Part shown: one piece after another, positions 10,033 through 21,800 of the stretch | Layout: each line of letters opens with the position of its first letter | Numbering within the stretch: the first letter of the stretch is position 1 | DNA from: Chlorobiota bacterium | GTDB lineage: Bacteria > Bacteroidota > Ignavibacteria > Kapaibacteriales > NICIL-2 | Direction of reading: 5' to 3' | DNA length: 64,000 nucleotides | Assembly: GCA_039810585.1 (NCBI GenBank) | Contig: JBDHXF010000003.1 | Location: forward strand, 93,946-157,945 | The notes under the pieces: model-generated | The model's input: the letters and a program-made list of their open reading frames with translations, nothing else | Told to the model about the DNA's origin: nothing | The model's database searches: none | Program-made: the position numbers and the translations under genes

Positions 10033-11091
10033 TTAGTGTTTCTGTGGTGTTTTTGACGAACCGGACTTCATGTTCGAATCACGAAGCATGCGAACTGTGC
10101 CGTCTGCACATCCCAGAATGATGGTCTTGCCATCGCTTGTCACGTCTACACCCCAAATCTCGGAATCGATTTTTTGAGAGTAGAGGAGTTCTCCGGTGAC
10201 AATGTTCCACATCTTTACGGTCTTATCAAGGCTTACGCTAATCAACGTGGTATTGTCTTCAGCAAAGGTAAAATCCTGGATCAAATCTTCGTGCGCGTTG
10301 ATCGTGCGAACCAATTCGCCACTATACATTTTCCACACCTTGATCACGCCATCTTTATCACAGGAAACTAGATAGTTGTCGTCGAATGAGAAGAGGCAAT
10401 TCAATACCGGAGCTTGGTGACCCGGACCACTGAGTTGGATAACAGGATCCTTCTTGCCGATTTCGGTTGACCAAATATTGATCTGATAGTCATCGCCACA
10501 AGAAGCGATGTATTTGCCGTCATAGGAATAGGCTACGCCGTTTACAGCAGCGGTGTGTCCGCGGAGTGTCTTCACTTCGCCCAATGTACACTTATCGTCA
10601 TCATGGCAAATCAGGTGAGTATCCCACAACTTGACCGTTTTGTCAAACGATCCGCTACAGATATAGGCGCCGGTGTCCGTCTGGCTGTAGTACACGCTGC
10701 TTACTTCGGCATTGTGACCGCGAAGAACGGCAACTTGCTTTCCACTTTCAACATCCCACACGCGAACTGTTCCATCAGAACTCGCGCTGGCCAGAGTTTT
10801 GTCATCGCCCGAAAACGATACGTTGTTCACTTGGCCAAGATGGCCGCGAAGTGTATGCAGTTCTTTGCCGTCGGGTAAACTCCAAATCTTGATTGTCTCA
10901 TCAACACTGCAAGTGGCAAAACGTGTGTTGGCCTGATTGACGAAAACGCCCAAGACTTCATCGTCATGATGGCCAATTGTCGTCATGGTATAGGTGCGCT
11001 GCTGTGCAAATCCCTGCATGCTCACGAGTGCTCCCAGCACACAACACAAGGCACATCGCAGAATCAATAATCGCGGCATAGTGTACTCCAA
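10033..11091 (-). CDS. Periplasmic WD40 beta-propeller protein
   Basis: 352 aa with a signal peptide. Seven GH..WD-type repeats are visible (IKIWSL..LRGH, VRVWDV..LRGH, and so on). Confidence 0.8.
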   Translation of the reverse strand: MEYTMPRLLILRCALCCVLGALVSMQGFAQQRTYTMTTIGHHDDEVLGVFVNQANTRFATCSVDETIKIWSLPDGKELHTLRGHLGQVNNVSFSGDDKTLASASSDGTVRVWDVESGKQVAVLRGHNAEVSSVYYSQTDTGAYICSGSFDKTVKLWDTHLICHDDDKCTLGEVKTLRGHTAAVNGVAYSYDGKYIASCGDDYQINIWSTEIGKKDPVIQLSGPGHQAPVLNCLFSFDDNYLVSCDKDGVIKVWKMYSGELVRTINAHEDLIQDFTFAEDNTTLISVSLDKTVKMWNIVTGELLYSQKIDSEIWGVDVTSDGKTIILGCADGTVRMLRDSNMKSGSSKTPQKH

Positions 11092-11128
11092 AATTTTAAC
11101 GTTAATCTACAACAATATACGCTCTCGT

Positions 11129-11632
11129 TTACAAAGCTTCAATCTGGTCAGCAACTTCGTGAAGCAACTTGATTACGAGCTCAACATCGCTTTTCCGCAT
11201 GTGAACCACATCTGTCGTTTCTGCTTCCTGTGCAGCACCATGATCGGACGGTATACTCGGTTCTAACATCGTAATCGAAACGGCGTTCTCCGCTTCACGA
11301 TACTGTGTTTCCGAAATCCCGTCCTTCAGAATATTCTTAGCCGACTGTACAGGCATTCGATCCACCCGTAACAGTTTCTTGATGACTTTCAAAACCCGGA
11401 TATCCTTTTCAGTATACACGCGGTTACCTGCTCTATTTTTCGAAGGGTTAAGGCAATCGAATTCCCGTTCCCAATAGCGCAGGATATGCTGTTCTTCATC
11501 GAACATTTCCCCAACCTCTTTTATCGAATGATAAAGCTTGGGTGTAGATGAGTGTTTCACTGTTGACGTCCCCGCATAATCCCCGCGCAAATATACAGTG
11601 ACACGGTTAATAGCAAATTCTATTTTTTCCAA
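11129..11632 (-). CDS. MerR family transcriptional regulator
   Basis: An N-terminal HTH is present (YHSIKEVGEMFDEEQHILRYWEREF...NRVYTEKDI) followed by a coiled-coil C-terminus. It lies 38 bp upstream of the WD40 gene and is co-directional with it. Confidence 0.75.
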   Translation of the reverse strand: MEKIEFAINRVTVYLRGDYAGTSTVKHSSTPKLYHSIKEVGEMFDEEQHILRYWEREFDCLNPSKNRAGNRVYTEKDIRVLKVIKKLLRVDRMPVQSAKNILKDGISETQYREAENAVSITMLEPSIPSDHGAAQEAETTDVVHMRKSDVELVIKLLHEVADQIEAL

Positions 11633-11748
11633 GCCAGTAGGATGAACCGTTGAAGCACAATTCGATTGGTGTTTTAGCGTCCCCGTTGGTCGGTCGCTGT
11701 TAGAATCATGATCCTAATGTAACTTGCAACGTTATCGGAACGCAGTCC

Positions 11749-12180
11749 ATGAACGATTCCACCGCACTCGAAATAGTCATTCCCAGTGTTCGCGCCAACA
11801 TCGCGATGGTGGAACCTTTTCTGTCAGGTATCGAATGCATTCGCGAGCTTGAAGAGAGCCGCTACTTCAATCTTCTCATTGCCGTAACCGAAGCTGTCAA
11901 CAACGGAATTGTCCACGGTAATGCGTGCGTCGAGTCAAAGATGGTTGCCTTGCACGTTCGGTGGAACAAGGATGATATCGTTATTACCGTTCGAGACGAA
12001 GGCAAAGGCTTTGACCCCAATCTTGTCCCGGATCCCCGCCGAAAAGAAAACATCTTGAAAGATGGTGGAAGGGGAGTCTTTCTCATTCGTAGCCTTGTCG
12101 ATGATTGTCGTTTTCTGTTCCCCGGCTCCGGCACCGTTCTGGAGATGACCGTTCACCGCAATCTTCACGAAACGAGCTAA
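11749..12180 (+). CDS. Anti-sigma regulatory factor (serine-protein kinase, RsbW/SpoIIAB-like, HATPase_c_2)
   Basis: 143 aa. AVTEAVNNGIVHGN (N-box) and GGRGVFLIRSLVDD (G-box) are present. Confidence 0.7.
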   Translation: MNDSTALEIVIPSVRANIAMVEPFLSGIECIRELEESRYFNLLIAVTEAVNNGIVHGNACVESKMVALHVRWNKDDIVITVRDEGKGFDPNLVPDPRRKENILKDGGRGVFLIRSLVDDCRFLFPGSGTVLEMTVHRNLHETS

Positions 12181-12276
12181 AGAGTTCCACCGATCTGACT
12201 CATTCGATCTGCACCAATTTGACTACCGTCTTGAATGGTAGCAACACTTCCACTGTTGGTCCGATTCAGCATCCCG

Positions 12277-12642
12277 TTACCAAAAGGCATTTCGATAATG
12301 CCGAATCTCAGGTGGAACCACGGATTCGTCGATCGCCACAACGTCGAAACGACACTCCACGTCCAACAGTCCGTTAATGTAGAGATAGGCTTGTGCCACA
12401 CGCCGTATTTGCTGTTGTTTTCGCTTGTGGATGGCGTCTTCCGGTCGACCAAACTCCAAACTTCTCCGTGCCTTTACCTCTACAAAAACCAAGGTTTGGT
12501 GCTCAGTACACACGAGATCAATCTCGCCAACTTTTCCAAACTGAAAGTTGCTGCGCACAATTTGGAATCCTTGCTCAATGAGGTAGGCTCGAGCCATGTC
12601 TTCTGCTGCCTTTCCTTTTTCTCGTTGATTGTCACGTGGCAT
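12277..12642 (-). CDS. YraN-family (UPF0102) endonuclease
   Basis: AEDMARAYLIEQGFQIVRSNF..GEIDLV..LVFVEVKAR matches the YraN core. The start was chosen at MPRDNQ rather than at the longest ORF. Confidence 0.7.
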   Translation of the reverse strand: MPRDNQREKGKAAEDMARAYLIEQGFQIVRSNFQFGKVGEIDLVCTEHQTLVFVEVKARRSLEFGRPEDAIHKRKQQQIRRVAQAYLYINGLLDVECRFDVVAIDESVVPPEIRHYRNAFW

Positions 12643-12940
12643 ACCTCTGCCTCCTGTTCGTTGATGGACATGACTCCGTTGAGGATTGCCATTCCTCAAC
12701 AAAGCCGACTATGTAAAAAATTGTGTGGAACGAGCATCCGCTTTCCCTCTTTTGCTCGCAGTTCTGGTTCCTAGTTTTAGTGAAGGTGCGGACGTGGTAC
12801 CGTGTGCGGAAAGTCCTTGCTTCGAGACGGAGCGGAATGTGTGCGAACAGCGAAACAGGAGGCCGTACGCTCATCCTGATATGAAGGGATGAACTGTATC
12901 AGGGTAGACTAGTCCCTTTCAGCTTCGCTGATATGTGGAA

Positions 12941-14173
12941 CTACTCGCTTCGCAACGCTTCCGCGATAAAGGTTCGTGCGGCGCGACGAGCGGGAATGAT
13001 GGTGGCGATCCATGAAAAGATGATGGAAACGGCGACAATGGATAGACAGTCTATCCATGCAATTTTCAGAGGTACTGCGTTGACAATAAAGGTGTGTTGA
13101 TCGAAGCGTAAGAGGTGAAATTGAATTTGGAGGAAACAAAGACCTAAGCCCAATGCAGCTCCCGATAAGGAACCTACAAGGCCGATTGCCAGTCCTTCCG
13201 TTCGAAAAATCCGTTCGATCACGCCTGTCGATGCGCCCATGGCGCTCAGTATGGCAATGTCTCGACGTTTACGAACTACCGTCATGCTCAGCATGGCAAA
13301 AATGTTGAACACAGATACCAAGACGATAACGGAGAGCACAACGAAGGACGCCAATCGCTCAAATCTCATCACGCTGTAAAGGTCTTTGTGCAGATCATAC
13401 CACGTATCGATGCTGTACGATGTTCCGAAAGTGCTCTGGAGGGTGTGCGCAATGTCGTCCGCGTTCTCTACGTCGTCGAGACGACAGTCTATTGCCGTGC
13501 AACTACCCGTCGGGGCAGAGAATAGCCTCTGTGCCAAGCCTGTGTCGCAATAGGCATAGCCCTCGTTGTACTCCTTGGAATTGGTATAGAAAATTCCACC
13601 AACGACGCAGCGCTGTCCTTGCGGCGCCATAAAACTTTGCAGTGCTTGTTCAATGAAGTGCGGCGAAAGCAATGTTATGGTGTCTTCAACCGCCAGCTCC
13701 GCTGCATTGGCGCACTCTGCGCCGATAACGATGCGTGGGAGGTCGTTAGCTGATGCTTCCCTGAAGTCGCCGGCGACCATACTTCGAGCAATGCCAGACA
13801 CCTTCTGAAACGAAGAAACAGCCACTCCGTGCATTTGCACGATACGGAAGGTGTTGCGTACACTGATAATACACCGTCCCTCAAGAACCGGTTCCGCTGC
13901 CACCACATGGGGTAACGACCGTACTGTCGACAGAATATCGTGATACTCCTGAAGTCGTGCACTGTCTGCGGAATGGATTCGCACATGTGGGTCGTAGGCA
14001 ATCATCGACGTCTGATACATATCTCGAAATCCGTTGAAGATTGACGAGACGCAAATAATTGCGGCTACCCCCACAGCGATTCCTACGAGTGACAACAGCG
14101 TAATCACACTGATGAACTGAAGCGAACGTCTGGCAACGATGTAGCGCCGTGCTATCCAAAAACTAATATTCAT
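12941..14173 (-). CDS. Lipoprotein-releasing system permease LolC/LolE (FtsX/MacB-type ABC permease)
   Basis: The N-terminus MNISFWIARRYIVARRSLQFISVITLLSLVGIAVGVAAIICVSSIFNGF is classic LolC/E. A periplasmic domain follows, then three C-terminal TM helices. Confidence 0.75.
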   Translation of the reverse strand: MNISFWIARRYIVARRSLQFISVITLLSLVGIAVGVAAIICVSSIFNGFRDMYQTSMIAYDPHVRIHSADSARLQEYHDILSTVRSLPHVVAAEPVLEGRCIISVRNTFRIVQMHGVAVSSFQKVSGIARSMVAGDFREASANDLPRIVIGAECANAAELAVEDTITLLSPHFIEQALQSFMAPQGQRCVVGGIFYTNSKEYNEGYAYCDTGLAQRLFSAPTGSCTAIDCRLDDVENADDIAHTLQSTFGTSYSIDTWYDLHKDLYSVMRFERLASFVVLSVIVLVSVFNIFAMLSMTVVRKRRDIAILSAMGASTGVIERIFRTEGLAIGLVGSLSGAALGLGLCFLQIQFHLLRFDQHTFIVNAVPLKIAWIDCLSIVAVSIIFSWIATIIPARRAARTFIAEALRSE

Positions 14174-14350
14174 TTTTCGAGTAATTCTCGCATACGTCAA
14201 ATCACCGCGGCGAACGCTGAACTTGCTGGGCAACCTGGCTACAACTACTATGGCAAGGTTCCCGACTCGTTAAACGTAGATGCTCCCAGCCGGCTTTGAC
14301 GTGTGCTTCACGTCGTACAGCTCGATCGCATAGCTGCAATTTCGTCATTG

Positions 14351-16057
14351 TTATTCACCAATCACAACAATTGCCGATTGTTGAATCGTATCCTGGGTTT
14401 GTACATCGACCGCCTCTACATGCACAATGTACACTCCAAGTGGAAGATCAAAGCCTGCATCGTCTCTACCATCCCACAAATACCCGAGGTCTGAACCACT
14501 GTACTCACCGTGATAAAACTCTCGTACCATGCGACCGGAAGCATCGAACAGGCGTAAAAGAACTCTGCACTGGTGTGCCGGCAAATGTATGCTGATGTAG
14601 GTGCTCTGTTTTGCGCCCAAAGGACTACGCGCCGAAAAGGGATTAGGGTTGCATTGAATATCAGCAACGGAGCTGATGGCGCGTGCCACACTGTTTATTG
14701 CACCAGGCGTACATCCGCTTGAATCCACGCAGGTTGTCCACGACCATGGTACGGCGGAGGGAAGATCGGGTGACACCTTCTCCAAGGAACGACCCTTCGT
14801 AGCCGTTGCCGCCGAGCTGTGCCATGACGAGCTATATCGCACCGAATCCAAAATCCTTCCGTACGGATCGCGCAGACTCACCAGCTCATCAGTCGATCGA
14901 AGAGTCCACGAATTTTGATCCTTGCAGACAATGATGCGATTGCGATCTAATCCCTGTTCAAATCGTAGAGTTGTGTCTTTGCATAACACGAGATAGTCGC
15001 GTGCGGAAATGCTGCAGCTGTCGGGTACAAGCAAGTATCCACCTGAACCATCGTGCAGCTGCAACTCCGACAAATCGAGCGGCATGTCGGTTGCGTTGTA
15101 CAGTTCAACAAACTCTGACTGTGTCGAAGTTGGGTCGTAGAGGATTTCGTTGATTCGTATCGCTTGTGCAACAGGGGAAATACGAAGGGACAACGCCAGA
15201 GTGTCGTTTCGCTGTCGCTCATCGCCAGTTGCGTGACAGATAAACAGACACTGAATGAGTGTTTGCTGCGCCTTGGCTCGAATGCTGTCGAGCGACAGAT
15301 GGATCGTGTCGTGGCTCGTTATGCCAAGCTTCTCGATTATACCTCCGAACCATTCTACATCCTGCGAACGAAATGACCACGATGTTCCATCTGTTTCACT
15401 ACGACTGAGATTCGATACCACGAGCTCGAGCGATTGGGCAAGGGTGTCGATAAACCAGCTCTCCGCCGCAACGTCTCGTCCGGTTAGCGAGACAGAATTT
15501 AACTCTCCGCACGATGCACCTTCGGCGTAGGTACAGGCGCGTAGATTATCGCCGTTTTCTGCACCCAACCAAGCGTTGACTCGCTCTACACTGTATCCGG
15601 AGGGAACTCCTTTGTTTGTATAGCGCAGTGAGTCTACCACCGTTGAATCTGATAATCGCAAGGCGAGATATTCGCCGCTGTTGTTGAGCGACGGAAGAGA
15701 CACCTTGCAAAGCGATGACGATGGCAGGTGGGGTCGGATCTGAACCAACGCCGCCGTATCCTTACAGAGCACAACATAGTGGCCAGCTGCCACACTGTAT
15801 TGCTGCAAGGCAACTCGACTTCCTGAGTCGTGGAAATACAGCCCACTCAAATTGTGAGCAGCGCTGTCCGTATTCACGAGCTCCACCCATTCGGGCTCCG
15901 GAGTTTTGGGAGCAAACATGATTTCATTAATGACAAACTGCGCATGCATTGGCGCTGTTGGTGTGCCTAGTGTTATCGCCGCCATGCACAGAGTTGGAAG
16001 CCAGCGCACATGCGTGCAACGCATGAAGCGTTGATAAAAAAATCTCAAGCAGAACAT
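14351..16057 (-). CDS. Secreted protein with two lamin-tail domains (LTD) and a T9SS C-terminal sorting domain
   Basis: LTD motifs: FVINEIMFAPKTPEPEWVELVN and IRINEILYDPTSTQSEFVELYN. The C-terminus reads NPNPFSARS...LRLFDASGRMV...WDGRDDAG..LPLGVYIVHVEA, which is Por_Secre_tail-like. Confidence 0.6.
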   Translation of the reverse strand: MFCLRFFYQRFMRCTHVRWLPTLCMAAITLGTPTAPMHAQFVINEIMFAPKTPEPEWVELVNTDSAAHNLSGLYFHDSGSRVALQQYSVAAGHYVVLCKDTAALVQIRPHLPSSSLCKVSLPSLNNSGEYLALRLSDSTVVDSLRYTNKGVPSGYSVERVNAWLGAENGDNLRACTYAEGASCGELNSVSLTGRDVAAESWFIDTLAQSLELVVSNLSRSETDGTSWSFRSQDVEWFGGIIEKLGITSHDTIHLSLDSIRAKAQQTLIQCLFICHATGDERQRNDTLALSLRISPVAQAIRINEILYDPTSTQSEFVELYNATDMPLDLSELQLHDGSGGYLLVPDSCSISARDYLVLCKDTTLRFEQGLDRNRIIVCKDQNSWTLRSTDELVSLRDPYGRILDSVRYSSSWHSSAATATKGRSLEKVSPDLPSAVPWSWTTCVDSSGCTPGAINSVARAISSVADIQCNPNPFSARSPLGAKQSTYISIHLPAHQCRVLLRLFDASGRMVREFYHGEYSGSDLGYLWDGRDDAGFDLPLGVYIVHVEAVDVQTQDTIQQSAIVVIGE

Positions 16058-16105
16058 CTCGACCGAGATATAGAGGTGGTACAGTACCCTTGCTTCTCGT
16101 TGTGC

Positions 16106-16609
16106 TTAAAGCGTCAGGTCGCTTCCTTCTACGAGAACACGGACGACTTCTTCAAGAAGCTCCTGTTCGTATTGGCGAAAGCGGGCGGGTACGGGCGAGT
16201 CGAGATCGAACACGCCAAGCAGCGTGTCCTTACTCATGAGCGGGATGACGAGTTCCGAACGCGAGTCAGCATCGCAGGCGATGTGTCCGGGAAACGCAAG
16301 GACGTCATCTACCAACACTGTCCGTCGCTCCTTGGCAGCTGTGCCGCACACTCCGCGACCAATCGTGATTCGCGTACACGCCGGCTTACCCTGAAAGGGT
16401 CCGAGCACAAGCGCATCTCTATGCACGAAATAAAATCCGCACCAATTCACATCGCGTAGCGAGTGGAAAATCAAGGAGCTGAGGTTGGCGCAGTTTGCTA
16501 GGAAGGTAGGCTCCGCATCTACCAAGGCTCGAGCATGCATCAGTACCAGAGCTCGGTGTTCTGATGCTTCGGTGAGTTCTTGGGATACGATGTATTTTGC
16601 TTCGTTCAT
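16106..16609 (-). CDS. GAF-domain protein (free methionine-R-sulfoxide reductase, fRMsr/YebR-like)
   Basis: 167 aa. WCGFYF..GPFQGKPACTRI..GVCG is the fRMsr signature. Confidence 0.75.
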   Translation of the reverse strand: MNEAKYIVSQELTEASEHRALVLMHARALVDAEPTFLANCANLSSLIFHSLRDVNWCGFYFVHRDALVLGPFQGKPACTRITIGRGVCGTAAKERRTVLVDDVLAFPGHIACDADSRSELVIPLMSKDTLLGVFDLDSPVPARFRQYEQELLEEVVRVLVEGSDLTL

Positions 16610-16624
16610 GGCTGCGATGGATGA

Positions 16625-18763
<2,139 letters not shown>

Positions 18764-18775
18764 ATCGACGACCTG

Positions 18776-18823
18776 TTCATCGTCAGGAGTTGAATTATTC
18801 GTGCGCGGCTTCGCCGCACAAGC
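18776..18823 (+). repeat. Dispersed about 45-nt motif, copy A (TCGTCAGGAG-N11-TTATTCGTGCG plus GC hairpin), immediately after ligA
   Basis: Compared by eye with copies at 41196, 46311 and 897. Confidence 0.55.
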
Positions 18824-18859
18824 TCAGGCGGTAGACTAACTCAGTGTTGCGAGCCTTCC

Positions 18860-21800
18860 TTAGAAGTTACGGTTCATCTCGCGCCAACGACCGGTTGTGC
18901 CATCGTAAATGAGGGTGATCATGTCGTCGGCATTCATCACAGCATCGGCATTCTTCGACAAGATCATTTTGTTCGCCGCTGTACCGGTGGCTGATTGATG
19001 CTTGATGGTAATGGCGTTGGAACCAACATTGATGAGGGTGATTTGACGACCATCAGTTCCCGATGCAATACTGTTGATGTTGATCGTGGTGGACGCGCTC
19101 ACGCGGAAAACAGAGTTGCCACTCAGTGTCAACGACAAATCTGTTTGATCGGCGCCATAGGCACCGGGACTATTCACACCATAGGTGATAGTTGCACCTG
19201 CTGAAGCCCAGGATAGGGTGCCGCTTCCGTTTGTTGAGAGCATTTGTCCGCTACTTCCGTCTGCTGTCGGCAATGTGTACGTCACATTTCCGGTATTAGC
19301 ACCAGCCTTGAACGAGGTAGTAAAGGTGCGAGCCGGATTGTAAAACTGAAGCTGTCCTGCCGTACCCGATGCGCTGGTATCGATGCTCAGATTACCACCA
19401 CTGAGACGTTCGGAGCCATTCACATGCAGAGTTGCGGTTGGAGTCGAGGTTCCAATGCCAACATTGCCACTTGGGATAAGTAATGCGTAGTTGTTGGTTC
19501 CGCCACTTGCACTAATGTATGCACCGACGTTGGTCGAGCTTGTTCCGGTATGCGTATTCGTCAAGTACAAGCCATAGGTGCTTTGTGTCGTGGTGGAGTT
19601 GGCACCGGACAGGCTGATGTTCAACATCTTCTGTCCGTTCGAAGCGGCTGCTGTCGAAGTCGAACTAAGAGTGAGCGCCGAGTTCGACGACAACGAATTC
19701 CATTGCCAAGTTTGAGCGTAGTCAACGTTGTTGATGCTATTGGTAGCCGTTGCCGCCGTCAAGGCTGAGATAGCGGTTGACGTAGAAGCACTCTGCCACG
19801 ACATATTTCCACTGGCGTCCGATTGCAAGAATTGCCCTGCCGATGGAGCAGAGGTAGGCCAGGTGTAGCTAAGGTTTGCACCCTGCGCCCCGGCTTTGAT
19901 CGACGTTGTAAAGGTTCGTGCCGGGTTATAAAACAAGAGTGAGCCTGCGGTTCCTGAAGCACTAGTATCGATCGTAAGATTGCCGCCACTGAAGCGAGAT
20001 GCGCCGTTAACATGCAGCACTGAAGTTGGTGTCGTTGTTCCTATCCCAACATTACCACTGGGAATTACCAACGCGTAATTGTTGGTTCCACCACTTGCAG
20101 ACAGGTATGCTGCAATGTTTGTAGACGAGGTGCCTGTATGAGTGTTCGTACTATACAAACCGTACGTGGTTTGGGTAGTTGTGGCGTTTGCACCACTGAG
20201 CGATAACGACAATAATTTCTGTGTGTTTGAAGCAGCGGCCGTTGAGGTCGACGACAATGCCAGAGCTGTGTTTGAGCTCAAACTGTTCCATTGCCATGTT
20301 TGAGCGTAGTCAGCATTGTTGATGCTATTTGTTGCTGCGGCTGCTGTTAGACCCGAAATGGGAACCGTTGTTGCTGTTGTCGATGGTGTCACCCAGCTCA
20401 ACGTTGATGAGCCGTTGGTACTCAGTACCTGACCATTCGATCCGTCGGCTGCCGGTAACGTATAGGTAACGTCTACCGATTGTGACTGTGCCTTGAAGCC
20501 TGTGTAGTTGGAGCCACCTGCACTTGGTTCAAAGAAGCGAAGTTCGGATGCTGTGCCGCTATTGCTAAGCAGAACATTCGTGTTGAACGATTTGGTTCCG
20601 TTAATCGTCTGAGCGCCTTCGGTCATCACGAAGCTGGCTGTTGTACCGGCATCAGGAATAGTGTAGGCCCGATTGGCTGCAAGATTTGCCAAGCTAATCG
20701 TTGCTGTTTTAGATGTTGCTTGTCCGTCGTTCAACACCACAGAAGCTGCATTAGAGTTTGATCCGAGTGTAAGCGCACCGGCATTGGTTTGTGCATTGGT
20801 GTTTTCAACCCAAGCCGAGCCGTTCCAGCGAAGGGTGGAGTTCGTTGTTGTGCCGGAAGCGACACTTGCGCCGCCGGTGGCATAGTTCGTCCATGCGCCA
20901 CTTTGATAGAACTCAAATTTTCCGGTGGAGGAGTTATAGCGAATCATACCGTTGACGGGCGACACCGGCTGTTGTCCGGTTGTACCAATCGGAATCGTCA
21001 GCGAAGCATTACCTGGAACGATGGGGTCTGATGCAAGTCCAAAGGTCGGATTGCCTGCTGTACCATCGCCATTCGTGACACTGATCTGATTTGCCGTTCC
21101 CGTCATCGTACGCGCGGTCATGGCTGCCGTTCCATTGCCCGAAGGGAAGCCGGTCATCGTTGCCACACCGGTACCACCGTTCGCCACCGGCAGAATGCCG
21201 CTGACATCGTTAGCAGACGAAAGCGATACTGTTCCTGATGACAACAGACCCGAGGCGTTGTTCTTTACGACGCCGGCAGTTGAGAACGGACTAATCGTTG
21301 GTGCTGAGCCAAAGGTCTTGGAACCGTTGATCGTCTGTGTCCCTTCGGTCATCACAAAGCTGGCTGTCGTACCGGCATCGGGAATAGTGTAGGCCCGATT
21401 GGCTGCAAGATTTGCCAAGCTAATCGTTGCTGTTTTAGATGTTGCTTGTCCGTCGTTCAACACCACAGAAGCTGCATTAGAGTTTGATCCGAGTGTAAGC
21501 GCACCGGCATTGGTTTGTGCATTGGTGTTTTCAACCCAAGCCGTGCCATTCCAGCGGAGAGTTGAATTCGTTACTGTTCCGGCTGCGATGCTTGCGCCAC
21601 CGGTGGCGTAGGTAACCCACGAGCCATTCTGATAAAATTCGAAGCGATTGGATGTGCTGTTATAGCGCATCATGCCGTTCACAGGTGAACCCGGTTGTTG
21701 ACCGGATGTACCGATGGGGATCGTCAGCGACGCGTTGCCTGGAATTATAGGATCGCTAGCCAGGGCAAAGGTCGGATTGCCTGCTGTACCATCGCCATTG

